Source of the DNA: Candidatus Poribacteria bacterium | GTDB lineage: Bacteria; Poribacteria; WGA-4E; WGA-3G | Reading direction: 5' to 3' | DNA: 64,000 nt | NCBI GenBank assembly: GCA_963667365.1 | Contig: OY763324.1 | Coordinates: 1,210,071-1,274,070, forward strand | In this document: positions 56,724 through 64,000 of the stretch, piece by piece | Position numbering within the stretch: position 1 is the stretch's first letter | Layout of the letters: every line of letters starts with the position of its first letter | Program-made: the position numbers and the translations under genes | The notes under the pieces: generated by a model | What the model saw: the letters and a program-made list of their open reading frames with translations, nothing else | The model's database searches: none | Told to the model about the DNA's origin: nothing

Positions 56724-57323
56724 ATGCAGGGATATCCACTACCCTTGGAGCGGCTTATCCTGCAGCTCCAAAAACTTCCAACGGTCGGTCCCAAAACAGC
56801 ACAACGTTTAGCTTTTTTTATGCTAACATTACCAGACATTGAGACAAACCAAATAGCGGAAGCGATATTGGAAGTTAAAAAAAACTTGTCAGATTGCAAG
56901 ATTTGTGGTACTATCACAGATATCAATCCGTGCCAGATATGTTCAAATCCGAGACGTGACCAACAGATTATCTGTGTTGTTGAACAACCCGATGATCTAT
57001 GGGCGATTGAACGCACTGAATGTCATAAAGGACTTTATCATGTACTCGGAGGTACTTTGTCGCCTTTAGATGGAGTCGGTCCAGATTCTCTACGTATTGA
57101 TGCTCTCTTTAACCGAGTTCACAACGGTTCTGTCAAGGAGGTAATCCTCGCTACCAATTGGGATACAGAAGGACAGGCTACTGCACTTTACTTAACACAG
57201 CAACTTGAACAGTTTCAGGTAACCGTAACACGAATCGCATACGGTATCCCTGTCGGAGGAGATTTAGAATACATTGATGAAGTAACCCTCGCAAAAGCCT
57301 TGGAAGGCAGACGGACAGTGTAA
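56724..57323 (+). CDS. recR: recombination protein RecR
   Basis: HhH, a C4 zinc finger CKICGTITDINPCQIC, and Toprim. Confidence 0.9.
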   Translation: MQGYPLPLERLILQLQKLPTVGPKTAQRLAFFMLTLPDIETNQIAEAILEVKKNLSDCKICGTITDINPCQICSNPRRDQQIICVVEQPDDLWAIERTECHKGLYHVLGGTLSPLDGVGPDSLRIDALFNRVHNGSVKEVILATNWDTEGQATALYLTQQLEQFQVTVTRIAYGIPVGGDLEYIDEVTLAKALEGRRTV

Positions 57324-57372
57324 GCATATTTCATAGGAATCGTTAACGAAATCGGAAGTCAGATGAGATTGA

Positions 57373-58383
57373 TTGAAAGGATTCATTTTAATTTTATCAC
57401 TGATTTCCATATTTGCTTTTATAAACACCTATACATTGACGATGAAAATCATCCAATTAAGTGCTCTTATTGTAATCTTGTGTGGTGGTATATTCACTTG
57501 GGCGTGTGCAGAACCAGTGAATCCACCAGTTCAGAATGCACCTATGACATTTGACGGCAACCGCGCCTTTGATATCTTGAAGAAACAGTGCGAATTCGGA
57601 CCGCGTCCACCCGAATCAGAAGCACATCGTAAAACACAAGATTATTTGTTAACAGAACTTAAGAAATATTCTGATACTGTGGTGCTACAACCTTATACTT
57701 CTGAGGTAGACACGATGAGCGAACCACCTCAGCGAAAAATGCTTCACATGAACAACATCATAGCGGAATTTGGGAGTGGGCATCAAGAAACGCTTCTTCT
57801 CGCGGCACATTGGGACACACGTCCATGTGCCGATAAAGATCCAGATCTTGAGAGACAACGGGAACCGATTCTCGGTGCGAATGACGGGGCTTCGGGGGTG
57901 GCAGTATTACTTGAAATCGCACGCATATTAAAAATAAAACCACCACCAAGACGAATCATCATTATTTTGTTTGATGGTGAAGATTACGGCAAAACATCAG
58001 AACAAATGTTCCTCGGATCCCGATACTTCGCAAAAAATATGGGAAAATGGAGACCAAACTACGGAATCCTGTTGGACATGATCGGCGACAAGGATTTGCA
58101 AATACCAAAAGAACAATACTCCCTGGTGGCAAATGCAGAATTTGTTGATTTAATCTGGGAACGCGCAGAGAAACTCAATTTAGCACCTTTTCAAGACAGA
58201 ATAGGTCCAGCGGTGATGGATGACCATGTACCGTTAATCGAAGTTGGCATTCCGATGGTTAATATCATTGATTTCGATTATCCGCACTGGCATACACTTG
58301 AAGATACGGTCGACAAATGTAGTCCAAAGAGTTTAGAGATTGTTGGAAAACTTGTTGTCAGCATCATTTATGAAGGACTTTAA
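57373..58383 (+). CDS. secreted M28-family peptidase (glutaminyl-cyclase-like)
   Basis: HWDTRP...ANDGASGVA...FDGEDYG metal-ligand motifs. Confidence 0.7.
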   Translation: MKGFILILSLISIFAFINTYTLTMKIIQLSALIVILCGGIFTWACAEPVNPPVQNAPMTFDGNRAFDILKKQCEFGPRPPESEAHRKTQDYLLTELKKYSDTVVLQPYTSEVDTMSEPPQRKMLHMNNIIAEFGSGHQETLLLAAHWDTRPCADKDPDLERQREPILGANDGASGVAVLLEIARILKIKPPPRRIIIILFDGEDYGKTSEQMFLGSRYFAKNMGKWRPNYGILLDMIGDKDLQIPKEQYSLVANAEFVDLIWERAEKLNLAPFQDRIGPAVMDDHVPLIEVGIPMVNIIDFDYPHWHTLEDTVDKCSPKSLEIVGKLVVSIIYEGL

Positions 58384-58449
58384 CATTTTTCAAACGGGAC
58401 AAGACTATTAAAGAAATGTGTCAAAGATTATAGTAGTTTAGGTAATAAG

Positions 58450-60324
58450 ATGAATATATATCATAAGCATTACGATGTCATTGTTGTCGGAGCAGGTCAT
58501 GCAGGATGTGAAGCAGCACTCGCTGCTGCACGAATGGGCTGCGATACACTCATCGTTACAATCAATCTGGATACTATCGCAAAGATGTCATGCAATCCTG
58601 CTATCGGTGGACTCGCAAAGGGACATCTCGTCAAAGAGATAGATGCCCTCGGTGGAGAGATGGCAAAGAACATTGACAAGACCGGTATCCAATTTCGCCG
58701 CTTGAATACCAAAAAAGGACCGGCGGTTAGATCAAGTCGCGCACAAGCGGACAAAAAGGCATACCAAGATGAGATGAAACGGGTACTGGAAAAGCAAGAA
58801 CACCTTGACATCAAACAGGTATTAGTGGAAGAATTACTCGTTGATAATGAGCAATGTGTCGGGATAAAAAGCCAAACGCAAACCGCTTATTATGGTGATT
58901 CGGTTATTCTAACCACAGGCACATTCCTGAGAGGATTAATTCATATCGGAGATGTGTCGTATAGTGCTGGCAGGGCAGGCGAATCCTCTGCAGAAAAACT
59001 CTCAGAAAGTTTTCTGAACCTCGGTTTTGAAATCGGAAGGCTAAAAACGGGTACACCACCCCGTGTCAACGCACATACCATTGACATAAACCAGATGGAG
59101 ATTCAACCCGGGGATCAAGACCCACTTCCGTTTTCCTTCTCTACCGAACGAATAACCCAACCACAAGTACCGTGCTACCTTACCTATACCAATGAAAAGA
59201 CACATGATGTAATCCGAGAAAATCTCCACCGTTCCGCAATGTACAGTGGTCGGATCGTCGGCATCGGTCCCCGCTACTGTCCATCAATTGAGGATAAAGT
59301 TGTCCGTTTTGCTGAAAAAAATGAACACCAAGTATTTGTCGAACCCGAAGGGTTAGATACCGATGAAATTTATCTCAACGGCATCTCTGCCAGTCTACCG
59401 GAAGATGTACAGGTAGATATGGTGCATAGTATCAGAGGATTAGAGAATGCAGAGATTATGCGTTTTGGATATGCTGTTGAATACGACTTCGCTCCTGCCA
59501 CCCAGCTCCATCCAACGCTTGAAACGAAAGCAGTTCCCGGACTCTATTTCGCTGGACAACTCAACGGCACTACCGGCTATGAGGAAGCCGCCGCGCAGGG
59601 ACTTATAGCAGGAATTAATGCTGCCTTAAAGGTTAAAGGCGAAGAATCCCTCATCCTTGATAGATCACAAGCATACATAGCAGTTCTCATTGACGACTTG
59701 GTTACATTGGATATCCGTGAACCTTACCGCATGTTTACATCTCGGGCAGAATACCGGTTAGCATTGCGAGAGGATAACGCCGATTTGCGACTCACAGAAA
59801 TAGGGAGAAAGATAGGACTTGTTGATGATGAAGTGTACACCAGATTCCAAAAGAAAGCGTCCTCTATACAGACAGAACTGGAACGACTTGACGAAACTCG
59901 TTTGACACCAAACGCAGCAACTATTGAACGGTTAGCAGACATCGTACAAACTGGAGAGATAAAACAACCTACAGTATTGGCAGATTTGCTCAAACGTCCT
60001 GAACTCTGTTATGAACATATAGCGAATCTGGCACCACCTGACACGGAACTACCACACGCAGTCAAAGAACAGGTAGAAATCCAGATTAAGTATGACGGCT
60101 ATATACAACGACAACAACGGCAAATTCAACAATTCAAAAGACTGGAGAATCTACACATACCCGATACCTTCAACTATGTAGATGTGCACGGACTGAAAAC
60201 AGAAGCACGTGAGAAATTGGATAAAATTCGTCCTGCATCTATAGGACAAGCATCACGACTTCCTGGCGTTTCTCCCGCAGACATCTCAATATTAATGGTC
60301 ATGCTACATCAGCAAAACCGGTAG
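58450..60324 (+). CDS. mnmG: tRNA uridine-5-carboxymethylaminomethyl modification enzyme MnmG (GidA)
   Basis: FAD-binding VVGAGHAGCEAA and a 624-aa length. Confidence 0.9.
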   Translation: MNIYHKHYDVIVVGAGHAGCEAALAAARMGCDTLIVTINLDTIAKMSCNPAIGGLAKGHLVKEIDALGGEMAKNIDKTGIQFRRLNTKKGPAVRSSRAQADKKAYQDEMKRVLEKQEHLDIKQVLVEELLVDNEQCVGIKSQTQTAYYGDSVILTTGTFLRGLIHIGDVSYSAGRAGESSAEKLSESFLNLGFEIGRLKTGTPPRVNAHTIDINQMEIQPGDQDPLPFSFSTERITQPQVPCYLTYTNEKTHDVIRENLHRSAMYSGRIVGIGPRYCPSIEDKVVRFAEKNEHQVFVEPEGLDTDEIYLNGISASLPEDVQVDMVHSIRGLENAEIMRFGYAVEYDFAPATQLHPTLETKAVPGLYFAGQLNGTTGYEEAAAQGLIAGINAALKVKGEESLILDRSQAYIAVLIDDLVTLDIREPYRMFTSRAEYRLALREDNADLRLTEIGRKIGLVDDEVYTRFQKKASSIQTELERLDETRLTPNAATIERLADIVQTGEIKQPTVLADLLKRPELCYEHIANLAPPDTELPHAVKEQVEIQIKYDGYIQRQQRQIQQFKRLENLHIPDTFNYVDVHGLKTEAREKLDKIRPASIGQASRLPGVSPADISILMVMLHQQNR

Positions 60325-60382
60325 TTTGACATCATTGAAATGCTTGCGACATCGGTTAGGATGGTCGTTGTAAACAGTAAAC

Positions 60383-61051
60383 ATGGAAACGCAATTTCGT
60401 CATCAACTTGAAGAGGTCTTTGACCAACATGGGTTTCCACTCACACCAGAGCAAAGTCAACAATTAACTATGTATCGTAATGAATTACAGCGGTGGAATG
60501 CTCGTATTAACTTAACAGCACTTCATGATGACGTTGAGGTAATTTACAAACATTTTCTCGATTCCCTGAGTGTCCTCGAACATTTTACTATTACGGAAGG
60601 TCAAACAGTTATTGACGTTGGAACAGGTGCTGGATTTCCTGGAGTTGTATTAAAAATATATGTCCCCAATATTTGTCTAACGCTTATTGAGGCATCACAT
60701 AAAAAGGTGGCATTTCTCAAATATCTTGTTACCCAATTGGGGTTGGATACATCAATTCAGGTTTATGCCAAACGGGCTGAAGTTTGTGCTGAGACTGACG
60801 AATTCGTGAATGCATACGATTGGGTATTAACGCGATACGTCGCTTCACTGGAGAAGTCCGCAAAATACTGTTTGCCGATGCTAAATGCAACAGGTAGGTG
60901 GATCGCATATAAATCCAGTGAGTCAGATGCTGAGATAAAACAAAGTAAGGAAATTCTGTATGATCTTGGAGCCACAATTGATAGCATGCACACAAGTCGT
61001 ATTCCACAACTTAATCGCACCTATGTTGTTGTGAGCCGTATAAATGGATAG
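60383..61051 (+). CDS. rsmG: 16S rRNA m7G527 methyltransferase RsmG (GidB)
   Basis: SAM motif IDVGTGAGFPG, immediately after mnmG. Confidence 0.85.
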   Translation: METQFRHQLEEVFDQHGFPLTPEQSQQLTMYRNELQRWNARINLTALHDDVEVIYKHFLDSLSVLEHFTITEGQTVIDVGTGAGFPGVVLKIYVPNICLTLIEASHKKVAFLKYLVTQLGLDTSIQVYAKRAEVCAETDEFVNAYDWVLTRYVASLEKSAKYCLPMLNATGRWIAYKSSESDAEIKQSKEILYDLGATIDSMHTSRIPQLNRTYVVVSRING

Positions 61052-61149
61052 AATCGAAGCCCTAATGACTTGCTTATTGTGCGTAGATGTTCGCTGTTAT
61101 CAACTTTATTGCCACCAAAAGCGGTTCAGTAGGGAAGGAGTTTTATGTA

Positions 61150-61485
61150 ATGTTTGATGTTACAACAGACGCTCAAAATACTGCAGTTGTCCACGTTCAA
61201 GGCAAGATTATCGGCAGAACCGTTACACAGTTGCACGAGGAAATAGAACGACAGCTGCAAAATGGGAATAATAAATTGATTATTGATCTAAAGAATGTCC
61301 CGCTCCTTGACAGCACTGCACTCGGTGTCATAATATTAGCATTCCAAGTATTACAAAGATCAGGTGGAAAATTGGTGCTGCTAAGTCCACAGAAAGCAGT
61401 CAGAAGTGTATTGGAAGTTACGCGTCTAACCTCGATTTTAGAAGTATACGAGACTGAAGAAGCCGCGCGCAACGCTTTCTTATAG
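61150..61485 (+). CDS. STAS-domain protein (anti-sigma-factor-antagonist-like)
   Basis: LDSTALGVII, a ~110-aa length, and a GGAAGGA SD. Confidence 0.7.
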   Translation: MFDVTTDAQNTAVVHVQGKIIGRTVTQLHEEIERQLQNGNNKLIIDLKNVPLLDSTALGVIILAFQVLQRSGGKLVLLSPQKAVRSVLEVTRLTSILEVYETEEAARNAFL

Positions 61486-61555
61486 ACAGCATTTCATAAT
61501 GCTACGTTAGCTGCTGTACAGATGCGGATCAGTTATCCCGGACAGGAGAACAGGG

Positions 61556-64000
61556 ATGAAAGACAGAAAACCCGCAATGCGGTCTTGGTTTAAGATGGGG
61601 TTGCGCAGCCAACAAGTCGTTCTGTTTCTGCTTGTTTCGCTTACTCCATTATTAGTTGTTTCATTAACTATCAAGGTGTTGGGTGGAAAAGCACTGAAAA
61701 GCAGTGTTGGTGAAGGGTTGGCTTTGCTGGCACGAGAGAAACTATCACGAGCAGATCGGGCTATTTACCAGAGGATCGCAAACATCAGGAAAGAACTGCC
61801 AAATCTCACAGCTGAGGTTATTAGGACAAACAATGCCATCCAGAACAAGGATGTACTTTTGAATGTCCATGAAAACTTAGAGGATAGCATTCGATTGTTT
61901 GAGACTTATGCTGGTGGTATTAGAAGGCGAAGAAATAGGAATAGAAATAGAAGAGATATACATGAGGTGACAATCACAAATCTACAGGGATATGTCCTCA
62001 GTTCAACCAATCCTGCACTTGACTACAATGAGAACAAAAATATTCCTTCCAAGGTTGATAAGCAAGAATGGTGGAATTTGGCTAAAAATAACGAATACGG
62101 GTCTTATTATGCTGAAGATGTTGATTATGATGCAACACAGAATATGCATTTTTTATCAGTGGCATTGCCAATCCGTAGGGGAAACCCAAGATCCACAGTT
62201 CCTGAAAAGAATGTTGTCGGTGTACTCAGAGTCGTTATTATGCTACCTGAAATAAACAATATTGTGGAATTACTGCCAGATATGGAAAAAGCACACACTA
62301 TTTTGACATCGCAATCTGGTGAAATTGTTGCTGTTTCAGAAGGAAGCGGATATAAAATCGGGGATAGACTACTATCAGAACATGCCACAGCAGAAGCAAT
62401 TATTGAATCTAAAAGGGAAGATGGGGAAACCTATGGATATGAAGCAGAAGGTGAAACGGATCGTTTCCATGAATCCCGCGTATATGGATGGGCACGCACA
62501 AAACCTTCAAGAGGACAGCCGTGGAAAACACATCAAAATTTCAGCCATTGGCTCGTTTTTGTTTCATATCCAAGTTCTGAGGCGTATGCAGGGGTGTCTA
62601 AATTGAATCAATACGTCTTTTGGGTCACTATATTATCTTGTATTATCGTTGTGCCGATTGCTTATGCTGTGGCACAGCAGATTTCCCAACCTGTAATGGA
62701 GTTGGCGCAAGTAGCAAAACGTATTGGGCAAGAAGCAAGCGATGTTATACAAGAAGATTCCGATCAAGTCCGAAAGCAGATTGCCAATATGCAATGGTAC
62801 CAAAGTGATGAAACCGAACTAATCTCTGTTACCAGTAAGAACGAAGTCGGAATGCTGGCACAAGAATTTAATGACATGCACCGCAATCTGAAAATCGCTG
62901 TTGAGAAACTTGTCAGTGCTGAGGAACAGATGACGACTATCGTTGATTGCCTTAGTGAAGGACTTATTGTCGTTGATACACAAGACCACATACTATACTC
63001 TAACCCATCAGCAAAGCATTTACTTAACTTTGAAAAATCAGAGTTTCCAGACCGTTTCAGCGACTTGTTGAGTACCACCGACCTAAGTATTTTAGCAAAC
63101 ACGCAGGGAAGCGATGCACGCGCAACAGTTGAAATCAATTTAGATCAGGAAGGTGAAAATCGTATTCTTCGTGTTGTGACAAGCCACTTTCACTCAATTA
63201 GTACATCAACCAATAGCGATACAATGTCTGATGATAATACTACTTTGGCAGGGACGGTTTTTGTATTTGACGATATAACCCGTGAACATGAGATTGACAA
63301 GATGAAATCAGATTTTGTGGCACTTGTCTCACATGAATTGCGAACACCGTTAACCTCAATCATCGGATTCATAGCGTTGATACTTGACAGAAAGTTGGGA
63401 CCTCTAAACAAGGATCAACAACAGAGTTTGACTCGCGCACACCGACAGTCAAAACGACTCGAGTTGATGATTAATGATTTGCTTGATATATCACGTATTG
63501 AAGCAGGACGCATCGTGATGAATCTTGAACCTGTCAACCTTGCTGAAATCGTCCAACAACGTATTGAGGAACTCAAACCACAAGCAGACGAAAAAACTAT
63601 CAAATTAGAATTAAGTGTTGAACCTGATTTACCGGAACTAAATGGGGATGAAGAACGTCTCGGTCAGATTTTCACCAATCTGATAGGAAATGCTGTAAAA
63701 TTCACGCCATCAAACGGTGAAGTCACCGTAAAATTGTCACACAAGAAATGTCCACTTGATGACAACGATACTGATACCGAAGTAAGCGACGGTATCCATG
63801 TTGAAGTGATTGATACGGGACCAGGAATTCCTGTGCAAGACCGTGAAAACGTCTTTGACAAGTTTAGACAACTTAGCAATATCCAAACAAGAGAACAGGG
63901 CGGGACCGGTTTAGGGCTTTCTATCGCGCGAGGTTTTGTTGAAGCGCACAACGGCAAAATCTGGGTTGGTGCAGGTGAAAATGATAAAGGTTGCAACTTT
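61556..64000 (+). CDS. sensor histidine kinase (periplasmic sensor domain, HAMP, PAS, HisKA, HATPase_c), 3'-truncated by the window end
   Basis: Hand translation gives a continuous frame from the ATG at 61556 to 64000 with no stop. This frame is absent from the supplied ORF track, presumably because the track lists only stop-bounded ORFs. There are two TM segments, H-box SHELRTPL, N-box GNAVKFT and G-box GTGLGLSI. Confidence 0.8.
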   Translation, partial: MKDRKPAMRSWFKMGLRSQQVVLFLLVSLTPLLVVSLTIKVLGGKALKSSVGEGLALLAREKLSRADRAIYQRIANIRKELPNLTAEVIRTNNAIQNKDVLLNVHENLEDSIRLFETYAGGIRRRRNRNRNRRDIHEVTITNLQGYVLSSTNPALDYNENKNIPSKVDKQEWWNLAKNNEYGSYYAEDVDYDATQNMHFLSVALPIRRGNPRSTVPEKNVVGVLRVVIMLPEINNIVELLPDMEKAHTILTSQSGEIVAVSEGSGYKIGDRLLSEHATAEAIIESKREDGETYGYEAEGETDRFHESRVYGWARTKPSRGQPWKTHQNFSHWLVFVSYPSSEAYAGVSKLNQYVFWVTILSCIIVVPIAYAVAQQISQPVMELAQVAKRIGQEASDVIQEDSDQVRKQIANMQWYQSDETELISVTSKNEVGMLAQEFNDMHRNLKIAVEKLVSAEEQMTTIVDCLSEGLIVVDTQDHILYSNPSAKHLLNFEKSEFPDRFSDLLSTTDLSILANTQGSDARATVEINLDQEGENRILRVVTSHFHSISTSTNSDTMSDDNTTLAGTVFVFDDITREHEIDKMKSDFVALVSHELRTPLTSIIGFIALILDRKLGPLNKDQQQSLTRAHRQSKRLELMINDLLDISRIEAGRIVMNLEPVNLAEIVQQRIEELKPQADEKTIKLELSVEPDLPELNGDEERLGQIFTNLIGNAVKFTPSNGEVTVKLSHKKCPLDDNDTDTEVSDGIHVEVIDTGPGIPVQDRENVFDKFRQLSNIQTREQGGTGLGLSIARGFVEAHNGKIWVGAGENDKGCNF

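Noticed and set aside
56281-56739. 152-aa minus-strand ORF
   Set aside because: It is antisense to ybaB/EbfC, which has clear family motifs, and it has a low-complexity Ser/Cys-rich composition.

Overview
This 64 kb window is a bacterial chromosomal segment of moderate GC content, probably from a PVC-like or candidate-phylum organism (inference only). Gene orientation is strongly polarised. From 0 to 36.8 kb almost every gene is on the minus strand, with 13 co-directional genes at 7.6-26.2 kb; from 37 to 64 kb almost every gene is on the plus strand.

Left arm:
- A four-gene module (125-5705): an ArsA/GET3-family ATPase fused to an Hsp20/alpha-crystallin-like domain, two large uncharacterised proteins and a 6-TM membrane protein. 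It is followed by a 660-bp AT-rich gap, a MITE-like repeat and a decayed DUF1111 di-heme peroxidase-like pseudogene.
- An 810-aa secreted protein, an alpha/alpha-toroid prenyltransferase/squalene-oxidase-repeat protein, and two tandem paralogous CarbopepD_reg-domain secreted proteins.
- A GH130/GH43-like beta-propeller, then an extended Bat-like MoxR-DUF58-BatA/vWA operon.
- An orphan PD-(D/E)xK nuclease-like protein.
- Secreted enzymes: a PQQ-propeller with EF-hands, a CotH protein, an alpha/beta-hydrolase, and a 900-aa YVTN-propeller/di-heme cytochrome c lipoprotein.
- argG.

Right arm:
- tRNA(CAT)-tilS-hpt, a di-heme cytochrome c, a lipoprotein, a LysM-M23 peptidase and an SLT lytic transglycosylase.
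- Two Gfo/Idh/MocA oxidoreductases, tRNA-fMet and tRNA-Leu, an AKR, an LLM oxidoreductase, a sigma54 NtrC-type regulator, GDPD and a MurJ-like flippase.
- A tRNA cluster carrying all four Ser isoacceptors plus Arg(ACG) and Ala(CGC), with tadA inserted.
- A long-form SRP RNA, then dnaX-ybaB-recR, an M28 peptidase, mnmG-rsmG, a STAS protein and a 3'-truncated sensor histidine kinase.

A family of short palindromic MITE/REP-like repeats (core TCTGTAGGAGCGA) occurs at least five times, always intergenic. No CRISPR array, rRNA, integrase or transposase was found.
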